The position numbers were made by a program, and so were the translations under genes. Below are positions 36,747 through 50,638 of a DNA stretch of 64,000 bases, piece by piece (positions within the stretch are counted from its first letter, which is position 1; each line of letters opens with the position of its first letter). Source of the DNA: the human T2T-CHM13v2.0 reference genome, Homo sapiens. Location: NCBI RefSeq assembly GCF_009914755.1, contig NC_060933.1. The stretch is one strand, 5' to 3'. The notes under the pieces were generated by a model that ran no database searches, was not told the origin of the DNA, and worked only from the letters and a program-made list of their open reading frames with translations.

Positions 36747-37552
36747 CTAGAAGCTCATTCTTATTGGCCAGAAGCTAGAGAGTGATCTAAAGGCTCCAAG
36801 CCAGGCCAGACTGGTTTCAAGCCTTAGGGTTAGTGTATTAATGAATGAGGTTCGAGCTTCTATGGCATGGGAACTGAGGGGCACCACAACACTCAGCTTA
36901 CTCAAGGGACCAATTCTAGCAGCCTTCAAAGGAGTCTGAAAAAGGTAGCCTTGAATTAGTTTCCGGGTGAAAAATATTTGTCCCAATTGAAGCAAGTACT
37001 ACTAGTGACTGCCTCTGCTATGGAAGCAGGGGTTACCTGCTTACCTGTGAGCAACAGGATTTCTTGGGGTTGATTTTGCAGGAACATGTACCTCCATGTG
37101 GCCAAACAAGCAGGCTTGCTTAGATTTGCACCACAGGATATTAAAGTGGAAAGGAATCTTAAACATCTAATTGAGGGATGGCAAATTGGGTTCATTGTAA
37201 GGGTCACCTCTGACCCTTTGGTTGTGGCTGCTAGGAGCATTGGGTGGGAAGAATTCCATAGTTTTTTCCAGAGAGAGACAGCCACGCTTCATTAGAGAGT
37301 CTAGTGGGCATGGAAGGGAGGGGGTGAGTTGTTGTGCCTGTAACAGGATTTTGCCATCCCTAGTTCTAATCCAACATTTTGAGAGCTGAGGCTCAGCTCC
37401 ATGAGTGATTTATAGAGGTCCTTCCTTTATTGCTTTTATGTCACCACATCTAGAATTAGGTCTTCTGCTTCCAAGAAAGTCAGCTGCCTCATTACCATGT
37501 AGCATAGTTAGATTCCCCATTTCATCTAGAAAATAAACATTTATTGAGGGCT

Positions 37553-37812
37553 GGCCAAGTGCGGTGGCTCACGCCTGTAATCCCCGCATTTTGGGAGGCC
37601 AAGGTGGATGGATCATTTGAGGTCAGGAGTTCGAGACCAGCCTGGCCAACATGGTGAAACCCTGTTTCTACTAAAAATACAAAAATTAGCCAGAAATCCC
37701 TTGAACCCAGGAGACGGAGGTTGCAGCGAGCCAAGATCGCACCACTGCACTCCAGCCTGGGCGGAAGAGAGAGATTCCGTCTCAAAAAATAAAATAAATA
37801 AATAAATAAATT
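37553..37812 (+). mobile_element. AluS with internal deletion in right arm
   Basis: AAAATTAGCCAGAAATCCCTTGAACC junction; (AAAT)n tail; TSD AAA(C/T)ATTTATTGAGGGC. Confidence 0.88.
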
Positions 37813-39021
37813 CACAAAAATATTTATTGAGGGCCCACTTGGTTTTTAGCACTAAAATAGGAGCCGAACATAGAGCAGTGAATGAATAGGCCAAGTCCAT
37901 GCTCTTCTTGGCCTTACATTTTGGGGGAGGAGACAGATTAATAATTATTAGGAGAATTATTAGTAATTATTAGGAGAAAGCAGGAAATTTCTGCTTTCAT
38001 GGGTGGGATACCAGAAGGTAAATCATTATGAAAGGATATTTTGGGACAAGTTTCTATAGCATAGATGTATTTTAGGATGATTGGTGCTGTGTGTTGTGAG
38101 CACGGGATCTCTGAGGCAGTCAAAGGGCACCAGGAACCTCATCTCTTAAGATGTGCATGCACCGTAGGCTGCCGTTTGTGTCCCTCACTCTGGCCAAGCT
38201 CCCTTCTTCATCATGGCCTTTGCACTTGCTGTTCTCTGTCTGGGGAAGAATGCTCTTTCCCTAGAGATCCAAATGGCTCACTCCTTCAGTGTCTTCAAAT
38301 CTCTGTCAAATATCACCTAAACAGAGAGGCTTTCCCTGGCCTCTAGAGGACAAAGTAGCACATTTTCTCACCCACTTACCCTGCTCATCCTTCTTTATAA
38401 CACCCCTCACCACCTGCTGTATTATTTGTTTATCGTTCAGCTTTCTCTCTAAAATGGAAGATCTATGAGAACAAGAACCTGTCTGCTCATTGAGGTGTTA
38501 CTCTAGAAAAATGTCTGGCCCATGGCAGGTGCTTAATCAACAATTTTTGAAGGAAAAGTGGAGGAAAAAAAGATAGGAGAAAGCAAACTCATGAAGAAGA
38601 GTGCTTGGGTGGGGTGGGAGGAGAAGAGGGCAATGGATCCAGGCCCTACAGGGATTCACTGTTCAAGCAGAAAGTCCAGGGAAAGCCACATGGCCTCCTT
38701 CAATCGGATGAGCTGGAGCTGCTGACATCCCCTGCAACCTGGGAGCCAGTGCATGCAATGCTCCAGCTGGGTCTAAGGACAGAAGGAGGCTAATGAACAG
38801 CCACCTTCGGAGCAACAGGGTCACTTCAGTCCTCCCTGTTTACTTCCAAGCTGCTGGGAGTCTTATGCACATTTCCTCTTCTCACTTGCCTCTTCACATC
38901 CCTAGCTGCCGCAGGAATTTATGGCTTAATTAAAGTGGGAAGCAGGGTTTATACATGTTTATATAAAGTTATATTTTCCTCCACCTCTTTGTTGGAAGAA
39001 AACTCAAATGTTAAAATTCTT

Positions 39022-39247
<226 letters not shown>

Positions 39248-41087
39248 CTAGAAAGGACACTAGAGATAAATCTAGTTCATGCTCCTTGTTTTCTAGGGGA
39301 GGACACTGAGGTCCAGGGTCACACAACTCACAAATGGCCAGCCTACGGAAACCCTGTAAGAGGCAGAGTGTGAGGAAAAGGCAGGCACTTGTGATAACCC
39401 CACTGGTGGGCAGGAGCTAAGCCTCCATAGGTGGGGAAGGGAATTAACCCCAGGACACAGGCTCCAGTCTGGGGGCTTGAGATGCTCAAGGGGACACCAG
39501 TTAGAACTAAGGCAGGAGGCCAAGGCAGAAGCTGTGCTCCTCTGCCTGGATGTATGAGGGCAGCAGAGGAAGAAGAGTTGGCAAAGCAGCCCAGAAACAC
39601 ATGAAGAGGAGGAGTGAATGTAAGTAGAGCATGCCAGAGATGGCAGATCAAGGCAGGGAGTTAAATTGAAGGAGGAGGCGGCCACGGCCAAGGGTGCACT
39701 GTGATTCAAAGTTACAGTTGGTTATGGGCTGAGGAAACAGCTTTCTGTTTCACTGCTGTGAGAGGCAACCAGGTTGCAAGGAAAGGAGGGGAAGAGGGAG
39801 GCGTTAACATGGAGGAGTGAATGTAGACAGAACCTTCCAGATGTTGGCTGAAGATAGAAAGGAGAGGGAGGAGGGGTTCTGGAGGGAGAAAGAAGTTAAA
39901 GAGTATTTTTTTATGTGGGGAGATATGGGAGTTTTGGGTTTTATTTTTGGCTTGTGAGAATGAGCTAATCTTGTATAAAGGGATTAAAGATTTTTTAAAA
40001 AATTTATCTCTGAGCCTTAGGTCTTTCAACTTTAAAACGAAGATAAAAAATCTATGTTTTTGGCTTATGAGAATTAAAATGTGAAAGCACATTACTCCAG
40101 TGCCTGGCACATTAAAAACACATAATACATGGTAGCTATTTTAAATATTTTATTATAAACTTATGTAGTGCTCATCTGGAGGCCTAGGAAAGTGTTATTG
40201 AAAGTATTTTAAATCTTAGTATCTTATATTTATCATTTATAGGGTATAGTAGATTAAGAAATACTTCACGTATTTTGAAAGATTGGGCTGGAAACATACC
40301 CGAAGAAGCATTCTTTTTATCTCTCATGTACATGTGGACATTATACATTTTAATTAAGTGTTATTATATGAGCCAAATTCCCTCCTCATGGGTGTTAGTA
40401 GGAGTTGACCTCGAAGGAGGGAGGATTTGGTTGTGGATTTATGACTCACATCTGCGAAAGGAGTAAGGGCGAATAAGAACAGGAAACTCTCTGATAAGCA
40501 ATTTTACTATGTTTTCATTTTTATCTGAAACTCTGTAATCCAAGACTGGGGTAACTTTTCATATTTTTTAAAAATACTTTTTTATAGGCTGGAGTGATCT
40601 TGTGTAAGCAAGGATAAATCATAGACGTTAGAGAGACGTTTGTCTCTGTGCTGTTTGGTGCAAATTCCATGAAAAAGAGCCAAGGCAGGGGGTGGGGGTG
40701 GTTGTCAGGAAACCAAGGGATGAGATGTTTTTCTTTTTCAAAGATGACATCTGTGATGCCAACTAGTGAGCATGGGCGAACAGAGCGGAAAGGAATTCAT
40801 TACAGTCCTAAAGAGGGATAAATGCATCTGGTGTCAGATTAACTCCAGCGAACAGCCTCACTCAGTCCTAAATACTGACTCAAAAGCATGTTGATTTCAG
40901 TGTGAGAAACAGATGTGTAAAGGTGACTTCTCATGAGGTAAAATATAAAGCAACATGCCTAGGTCTTAAAATCATGATGTTGAGTGCAACTATAAGAAAA
41001 AAATGGGCTTACTGATATAATGTTATTATGTAATTTAAAGCCACATTTGCATATCAAACAACCTTGCCTATTTCTACAGAGATAGTT

Positions 41088-41396
41088 GTTTTTTCTTTTT
41101 TTTTTTTCTTGTGACAGGGTCTCACTCTGTTGCCCAGCCTGGAGGGCAGTGGCGCCATCTCAGCTTACTGCAGTCTTGACCTCCCAGGCCCAAGTGATCC
41201 TCCCACCTCAGCCTCCCGAGTAGCTAGGATTACAGGCACAGGCCACCATACCTCGCTAAATTTTTTTTGTTTTTTATTTTTAGTAAAGATGAAATCTTAC
41301 TATGTTGCTCAGGCTGATCTCAAACTCCTGGGCTCAAGTGATAGACCCACCTCCATCTCCCAAAGTGCTGAGATTACAGCCACCGCGCCCCCGGCC
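41088..41396 (-). mobile_element. AluJ
   Basis: T tail, GACAGGGTCTCACTCTG...CACCGCGCCCCCGGCC. Confidence 0.85.
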
Positions 41397-41983
41397 AAGA
41401 TATAAAGTTTAAGGACACATATCAAACATACTAGAGAGGTTGCTGATGGGATAGGGAGGATGAGTGTGAGCATCACAGACGAGGGAAAAAGCAAAATGAG
41501 ACAGCGGCTTTGCCCAGATGGACAATGAAAATGTGCTATGAGTTAAAGAGCATGATTTTTAAAAGGAGAGAAATCTTTTAGTCATTGGTCTTCTCTTTGT
41601 TCTGGCTTAATGAATCTGCTGCAAAGGCAAATAGCTTTCAGGCAAACTTGCTGCCCTAGTGGTAACATTGGCTTCAAGGACTCCTCGAGCGGTTTGGGAT
41701 GGCTTCCTGAGGGTGACAAAGAGGAGCTGTGTTTTCAGCCAAATATACCAACCAGGGCCACTGCCTGCCGCCAAACCCCAGCGGGCACCCCTACTTTGTG
41801 TTTATCTGTGGTGGCTACACTCGCCCACCTGGGTGGGAACCCCGAGAATGACTCCAAACTTTTCCAGGGACTGCATGCCAGGGTATTTTTACAATTTATG
41901 TGTAGACTTTGTTCGGGTGGAAAAGTTATTTTATGAAGACGAAACAAGCAATTGGGGTACCTACCTTATGGCATTTTTTACAT

Positions 41984-42412
41984 TGAGAGTGTTAAAAATA
42001 CCCCTCCCCTAACCAAAACCCTGACAAATAGAGCCAGGGAAGGCCATGCAAAAAAGGATTCTTGGGCTTGTATGCCTGATAACAAAAACTTATCACAGAA
42101 GACTGCAAAAAACACAATCTTGCACAAAGCCCATCGCAACTTTGCACACAACAATGCTTCTGAAGGATATTTGCCCAACAACTGCCTGTCCAACCTGGGC
42201 CTGGCATCACCTTTGTTATTGATCTTTGTAGCCAAGGATAATCATTTCCAAATGATCATATAATCTTCCTCATTTTTTCTTTTGTCTTCCTTTACCTCCG
42301 TGAATATGCATATAGTTTACTCTGGCTTGCCTATTTCTATTGCAAGGCTCTGTTTCCAAACGAATATCTTTTTCTTGTGGAGAGCCTCTCTCTGTTTGTT
42401 ATTTAGGTTGAT
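41984..42412 (+). mobile_element. ERV1 solo LTR (MER34-like)
   Basis: ends TCTGTTTGTTATTTAGGTTGATA; internal GCCAGGGAAGGCCATG, TTGTTATTGATCTTTGTAGCCAAGGATAAT as recalled for MER34 family. Confidence 0.6.
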
Positions 42413-42569
42413 AAGAGAAATGTGAACATTTGAGAGCTCAGGTAAAAGGCCTTAGTCTACAGTGAAACTTTTTTGCACCCTTAGATGCTTACTTCCACTA
42501 CAACTTGCAGGTGGGCCTTGAAAAGTTCTTGGAATAAGTTTGAGCTTTGATCTTGTCCGGTTCATTTAG

Positions 42570-43400
42570 CATAGATTCTCAAAATGTGGTCCCTGGACCC
42601 ACAGCATTAGCATCGCCTGGAGATTGTTAGAAATGCAAATCATCGGGCCTCATTCCAGACCCTCAGCTGGAAACTCTAGGGGCATGGCCAGACCCTCTGT
42701 AGCTGAACAAGCCATCCAGGTGGTTTTGATGCAGCTAAAGTTCTGGAACAACTAATGTAGCCCCATTTGGAAAACTTGGCTGTACAGGCCTCCCTAGCTG
42801 GTAAGCTGTTAGCATTTTTTGTTTGTTTGTTTTGATACAGGGTCTTGCTCTGTTGACCAGACCGTGACCTCCTGGGTTCAAGCGAGGACTCAGCCTCCTG
42901 AGTAGCCGGGACTACAGGTATGTGCCACCACCATGCCCAACTACTTTTTGTATTTTTTTTTTTTTGTAGGGATGGGGTTTTAGCCCGGGCTAGTCTCAAA
43001 CTCCTGGACTCAAGCAATCTGCCCACTTTGGCCTCACGAAGTGCTGGGATTATAGGCATGAGCCACTGTGCCCGGCCCTGCCAGCTTTGTATAAGCTGAG
43101 GAGTTCTAAAAAATACCTAGACTCAGGGCAAACCCCAGACACTTAAATCAGATTCTCCGGGAGATGAAGCCCAGGCACTGGTATTTTTAAAGTCTCTACA
43201 GATGGTTCTAATGTGCTGCTAAGTTAGAGAACTGCTGATCTAGACCAGGCCTTTTCAAACTTAATGTGCACGTGAATTACCTGGACCTTGTTAAAATGCA
43301 GATTCAGTCTGCATAGGCCTGGGGTGGAGCCTGAGCTTCTGCATTTTTAACAAGTCTCTAGGGGATGCTGCTGCATCTGGGCTGCTAACTACACTTGGAG
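42570..43400. mobile_element. cluster of MER5 (hAT-Charlie) elements with an antisense AluJ (42815-43077)
   Basis: TTCTCAAAATGTGGTCCCTGGACC..GTTAGAAATGCAAAT; TTGTTAAAATGCAGATTC; AAGTTAGAGAACTGCTG. Confidence 0.75.
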
Positions 43401-45115
43401 ATAGGAGGTTCTGGAGAGCAGAGGAAAGAGCATGAACCATAACCTAGGTCCTGACTTCCGAGCCAAGGTTTGCCTTTATGTGGCTGGCAACTTGCTTGGA
43501 CTCCTACCTCAATTCTTTGGGCCCAAGGTTTGTCCTGCCTCAGAAGGATGTCAAGAAAATTGAGTGAGTAATGCAGAATTGTTTCTTAAAGTGTGTGCAG
43601 ATGCTCCATGAATTTAGAGAGTATGTGGATGCACATTACTAAATTTTAATAGTTGTGAATATGTTGTTATGAGTACTTAGAACAAGTAATAATGGCTTTT
43701 GATGTATAGTAGTAAGAAAGCTTCCTTTTAAAAGGCATGTATTTAAGTTTCAAAAGTGGGGCTATTTAAAAATATATGAAATAAATAATAGTAGAGGTAA
43801 TTGACAGAGCAAAATTATGAAGGCAGGATGAGAATGACTCAAGTTTGGGAAATGCTGAGAAAGCAGATGCCCAAGGGCTATGAAAACTTAAAAAAATAGG
43901 TAGCACTTGATTTTGATTGGCTGAATGAGATGATGTGTTTGATCATTTATGGGGTTGGCATTTGGCAACATGCACTGGGTGGCTGGGATCACTGTTTATT
44001 AAAAAATATTTGAGTATCTACTTTGCACTAGATACTCTTTTAGTCTCTTGGAAAAGGGATTGGGGGGGCAGGCAGGATAAAAACAAATCATTTATGCCCA
44101 TAAGAAAATTGCAGGAAGATAAAAGTCATGAAATAAACTCTGTGCTTCTAATTTAATATTTTTTTATAGATTATGAGAAAAAAGTTTTGCTCACTATCAG
44201 CTAGGAAAGCTGTCTTAGCACAACCATTCATTCTTGCACAAATCAAAATCAAGATGAGCCAGAAGGCTCCATTCTGACAGCTTCTAATGGAGAAGCTACA
44301 TTTACTGGACATGGGGAAAGTTGCTGGGCTCTAAGGACTGTGCTCATTTCTTGAACTAGATAAATGGTCTTGGTGTAGCATAATACCAAAACTTCTTGTC
44401 GCAGCCTGTAAGGACAGAACTCAATCAGCCTGAAAAGGAAGTCAGTGACTCCAACTCAACACAGGAATGTTCTGTGATTCCTAAAGAAGGATGTAGGAGT
44501 GTGGCACAATTCAACCACAGTCTGTGGCCCTGTGCCTCTGCCTTGACATGAGTGGGATTTCCCAGCTGGTCATTTTCTTCTTATCTAAGACATTGGGAAC
44601 AAATTACTTGACCTCCTCTGGGCTTCAGTACTCCCACTCATCAAATTAGAGGACTGGGCAGTTGCTAGGCTCTCTTTAGGCATCATATTTTAGTTTCTGT
44701 GATTTTAAATTTGAGAAGGGGTGTCTAAGGGAGAATACATAGGGGAGGGGGAAAGGCTTATTAAAAGTGTAGTTAGACACTGAATTTTTAAGAATTGCAT
44801 TTTGTAATAATACCTTTACCTAATCAGGACTGACAATCTTACCTGATGATAGCACCTGGAGGAATGGCTGCATTCAAAAATAAAAATGAAATAAAACAAG
44901 ACCTTATTTGAACTTAGCAATAATGCTGATTCCTCTTTTTGATTTGAGGAAGTTATAGCTGTTGTAAATGCTTGAATTGGGTCTGCCCAGGCAAAACGGA
45001 GTCAAGAGTCCATGTCTGATGAATTTTAACAATGTAGACAATAAAAAAGGGTTGCTTAAACTGCCCCTCTTTTACCAAAACACATTTACAAATGAAAGAA
45101 CAACACTTCCATTTT

Positions 45116-45428
<313 letters not shown>

Positions 45429-46712
45429 TAATTGCAGGGTCTGGGCAATTAAAATGCATCCATAATTTCTTGCATCTCTCCGCTCGGGCTTGCATGAATG
45501 CAGAGGGATGGGGAGGACTTCTTGAGGCAAGCATCCCCCTCTTGTCGCCTGCCATCTGGAGAGAGAGGGCTGTGATTTATCTCACTTTAATCAGGAAGGA
45601 CCCGATGGGTGGATGGAGAGGTCTGATGGCTTTGTTGCTCCATGTGGGAAAGAAACGGACAGAGTGAATTTGTGTATGATCCCTAAGGAGAAAGCGTCTT
45701 TGTGCTCTATTTCTTTTTGACCTGGAGCCCCTGAAAGCAAGCTAGTTACAAGTTGAAATAAGCCGTTTCTAAAGTGTGATTTTGTTTGTGTATGAGCCTT
45801 GATTACAAAGGGGAAAAAAACCCGCTTAATTTACATACAGCAGATGTAGTGCAGGATCACCTGGGCTATCTTTTCAGGTATCAGGAAACTTTGATGAAAG
45901 TCACTTGTCTCATCTAGGAGTCATTTCATATTGTTTAGCAGAGCCTGGTATTAACATTTCCTTCCAACTGTTTACTGGAATCTGTGTGTTCCCTTCAAGT
46001 GATGCATACTAGGTGCACAGGCTTCCTGCCACTGTCATCCTAATCTTTCCGTGCAGACAGGAGCAGAGGGGAGAGCTCTGAGCCAGGCCCCAGCTTGCTT
46101 TTCTTTCCTGACTCAGCCCGGCTCCGCTGCACTTCTCAGCTCTTGCTGTAGGTGGTGCTGTTTGACCATTTTCTTCATGTGACCCTCCACTCGGTAATAT
46201 AAATTCATTCGGAGGATGACCTGATATAAAAAAAAATTCCTTTTGATTAGTAGAATCAACTTATTTCTTCACACGATACTCTTCCCACTGAGACACATGG
46301 AGACAATTCTGACTCCAGGTTTGCAACCTTGAGATTTCTCTCAGATGCAATAAAAAAACAAAGCATTTTGAGTGGCACAGTGATGCCTAGTGCATGATCA
46401 TGTTTGTCTGCTCAAACATAAAAGGGAAACTGGTGGGTTTGAGGATGCCCAGCAGCACGACAGCTGCCAATGTAAATGAGCGGTATAGAGAGAGAGGGGA
46501 CGGGAGGGGACTACAAACTTCGGAATATGAGCTGATCGTTTATAAGTTAAAAAAAAAAAAAAAAAAAAAAAACCAAGTCAAAAGGGAGCCCAGGATGGTG
46601 CAGGAAAAAGGAGAAAGGAAGATTTTCCTTGCAGCTAATCAGGAGAGTTCATAAGGGCTGATTACATGTGTGGAAGCCTTAAGTTCTTTTTTTAAAAAAT
46701 GTGAAAGTTTGC

Positions 46713-46754
46713 ATGTATGTATGTATGTATGTATGTATGTATGTATGTATGTAT
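46713..46754. repeat. (ATGT)10 tetranucleotide STR
   Basis: direct read. Confidence 0.95.
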
Positions 46755-48209
46755 AGCTTCGTGTATTACCATTATTATTGCAATCAGCAAATGGATTTAC
46801 TTCCTTTATCTCATGGGCTCCTTCCCACTCACTTCTGGCAGCACATTTTCCTTTCTCCTTCATCCCAGAACACCAAAGAACAGATGCGCTTCCTAACCCT
46901 GGCTCCAGGGGACTTTATACAATGTAAACAGTACACCTCTAAAGTGGTTCACCGCTTAGAGAACGTGTGTCCCATTTTAAAACTGTGAGTCCTTTATATT
47001 TTGCAGTGCTTATTTTAATAAGAGACATTGGACTTGTGACTTATTTTTCATGGAGGAGTGAGCTTAATGGTTGAAAGTAATCGATAAACTTGTTTTTCTT
47101 CTGATGCCATCAGCCAAGATCCTATGGCAATAGTAAGAGGATGACACTGGGCTGGCACCCCCTCCATAACATATTTGGATCATTTTTTTCTCCCAGAATG
47201 CACATGCAATAGCTTTGGTTTGGTAAGAGAGAGATGGTGTACTTGGTTTCCTTCTGTCACACTTTTGGTGAAATGAATTAGACTTTTAAATCAGGAAATT
47301 CAGCGAGATGAGTTAGATTTTTACACAAGAACAGTGGAGGACTTCCAGCTGGTTGGGGGAATGATACGGAAATATCTTGCTAAATCAGGATCTGGTGGAA
47401 TGCTGCTCCCTGGCAGGCTCCTCTTCACAGGGAGCAATCTGTGGGTTGCTTATAGAACAGAGCGAGCAGGAGGAATAGCATGGTCTTGCTCGTGGGAAGA
47501 CCTGGTGTTCAGATGTTTGTCATTAGGAACTGAGTGTGGGCTTTTTCAAGCTAAACTGAAGCAGCAGTTCTATTAGGAAGAGCCTCCCAGATCAGCATCT
47601 TCTGTTTCTGGATACTCTCCCTTTGAAAATCCAGATTTCAGCAAAAAGCTTTGCTAATGGTGAAATTGCACAACTGAAACCCTATGGGAGCAATGGGAAA
47701 GATGGAGAAAGAGGTGGTTATATCATGTACTTCAACAGTTTATTTAGAGGCTGTTGACGTTAGAATAACAAGCCAAGACAAACAAAAATACTCATTTTGG
47801 ATGAAAATATTGTCTTTTCATGTTATTATAGATAGCTGAGTCCTAAGACTTATACAGAAACACATTTTCCTAATGAGTGGCTGATTTTTCTGGTCGTGCA
47901 AGTAATATCCAAATTACTGTACAAATTTTTGGCTCAGGAGCAAACATTGTATTGCATATTGAGCTAATCACTTGCCCTTTCTAAGGTAAGCCCTTACCTC
48001 TGCTTTCCCTTCATCTTGTCATTTCTGTTTGTTGGGTACAGGTTTCCTGTTGGTTCTTTCTTTTGGCTCTGATGTAACATGAATGCAGTTCTTAACATCC
48101 TTTCAGACATAAACACAACTTAGCTCATTGTTTCTGAGTTCATATAGAGGTTTTCTTGCCCCTGAGACTTTCATGTCAGACAGCTGGATGTTGCTGTGTT
48201 CAAGGCTCT

Positions 48210-49465
48210 ATATGTTGATTTTGTATCCTACAACTTTACTGATTTCACCTATCAGTTCAGTTCTAACAGTTTTCAAATTTTATTTATTTGTTTTTGTTTT
48301 TTAAATATTGTACGTTTCATTTTAGAGTCAGGAGGGTAGATGTACAGGTTTCTTACACAGGTATATTGCATGGTGCTGAGGTTTGGGCTTCTAATGATCC
48401 CACCACCCAAGCAGTGAGCATAGTAATCGATAGGTAGTTTTTCAACCCTTGCTCCCACCATCCTTCCCTCCCACCTTTGGAGTCCCCCAGTGTCTATTGT
48501 TCCCTTCTTTGTGTTGAGTTCTAACCTTTTTTTAGTGAAGTTTGTAGGGTTTTCTATATATAACAAGATCATGCTGTCAGTAGAGACAGTTTCACTTCTT
48601 CCTTTCCTATTAGGATGCCTTTTATTTCTTTCTTTTGCCTAATTACCCTGAGAAGTGGTGTCCGTGGGCATCCTTGTCTTGTTCCTGATGGTAGAAGAAA
48701 AGTTTCAACTTTTCACCACTGATTATGCTGTTAGCTATGGGTTTGTCATATATGGCCTTTATTTTGTTGGGATACAGTCCCTCAATACGTGATCTGTTGG
48801 GTGTTTTTTTTTTTTTAACCATGAAAGGGTTTCAAATTTTGTCAAAAGCTTTTTCTGTATCTATTGAGATGGCCATATAGTTTCTATCCTTTATTTTTCT
48901 AATATGGTATATTATATGTATTGATTTGCTTATGTTGAACCATGACATGATCATGGTGAATGATTCTTTCAATGTGCTATTGAATTTGGTTTGCTAGGAT
49001 TTTGTTGAGGATTTCTGCATCTATGTAGATCAAGGATATTGGCCTGTAATTTTCCTTTCTTGTAGTGTTCTTGTCTGGCTTTGGAATCAGGGTAATGCTG
49101 GCCCTGTAAGATGAGTTTGGAAGTATTCCCTCCACTTCAGCTTTTTGGAAGAGTTTGAGAAGGACTGGTATTAGTTCTTCTTAAAATATTTGGTAGAATT
49201 AATCTGGGAAGTCATCTGGTTTTGGGTTTTTCATTGATAGGATACATTTTCTTACTGATTCAACCTCCTTGCTTGCTATTAGTCTGTTCAGATTTTTTAA
49301 TTTCTTCATGAGTCAATCTTGGTAGGTTTTATGTGTCTGGGAATTTATCCATTTCTTCTAGATGATCCAATTAGTTAGTGTGTAATTATACCTAGCAGTT
49401 TCTTAGGATCCTTTGTATTTCTGTGATATTGGCTATGATGTTTCATCTTTCATTTCTGATTTTAT
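48210..49465 (-). mobile_element. L1M ORF2 fragment with nested younger L1P 3' end (~48275-48515)
   Basis: TTGTTGAGGATTTCTGCATCTATG..GATATTGGCCTGTAATTTTC; nested ATATTGCATGGTGCTGAGGTTTGGG; GTTCTAAC flanks both sides of insert. Confidence 0.8.
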
Positions 49466-50287
49466 GCTATATTGAAAACATGAGGCATAGCAGGTAGGGG
49501 GCACTGGTCAGGACTTGGGGTATAAACTGGCAGATGTTAAGGTGGGTGATTCTGGTTAACTCAGAAACTCCGAAGTCCCGTGTGGAAGAATTAACTGCCT
49601 GTACTCACCTAGTAATGTATATCCTTGGTCAAAAAGAGATCCAGCTGAGAATGTTGGATGAAGGGACCAAATCAATATTCATCATTATATTGAAAACAAG
49701 TCAGATTGGCTGTGGTCTTTTGACAGCAGGTCAGTGGCTAAGTCTATTTGAACAAAGTTAGGGCAGGTTCAAGGGAGAATCCTGAGATCGGTATTCTTTG
49801 TTCCATACAACCTTGCCTTTCAGTTTCTTCTCCCCATGCCTCCAGGATGTCCCTGCACAGCCTGTAGGGCCCCCTCCTTCAGTACCTTGCCTTACGAAGG
49901 GGAGAAAATGAGTTTTCCAATGTTAGCATATATTTAGCCTTCCAAAATTTCTATTTCTATTTTAGGGGAGCTCTAGGAGAACAGCAGATTACTCTAAATC
50001 CCCAGGTAAAAATCTGAAATGGTGGAATTTCATATGACCAGGAGACATATTTTGGGGCAAGTGGGCTTTTCACAATCACTTGGACATGAAGGCATCTGCT
50101 TCTTCTATGCCTAAAATATTCCTTCAATTTAGTAGTTTAATTCCTCTTCCTCTTTTTCAAATTTCAAGACAATACATGTAGTGACTGAACAATTTGGATC
50201 CAAGTTTCACTATTTAACTGCCAGTGTGACCTTGGGCGAGTCACTTAATCTTTTCAAGGCTCAATTTCATCATGTAAAGTGGAAGTA

Positions 50288-50638
50288 CAAACAATCCCTG
50301 ACTTACAATATTTTGACTTATGATTTTTCAACTTTAAGATAGTTTGAAAGCAATACACATTCAGCAGAAGCTGTACTTTGAGTACCCATACAACCATTCT
50401 GTTTTCCACTTTCAGTACAGTATTCATTATATTACATGAGATATTCAAAGCCCACTTTATTATAAAATGGGCTTTCTGTTAGATGATTTTGCCTAACTGT
50501 AGGTTAATGTGAGTGTTTAAGGTAGGCCGAGCTAAGCTATGATGTTTAGTAGGTTAAGTGTATTAAATGCATTTTCAGCTTACAATATTTTCATAAGTTT
50601 ATTGGAATATAACCCCATTGTAAATTGAGGGGTATTTG
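50288..50638 (-). mobile_element. MER47A (TcMar-Tigger) inserted in a MIR
   Basis: TTTGAGTACCCATACAACCATTCTGTTTTCCACTTTCAGTACAGTATTCA, GCTAAGCTATGATGTT; TA dinucleotide on both sides; MIR core at 50185-50285. Confidence 0.85.
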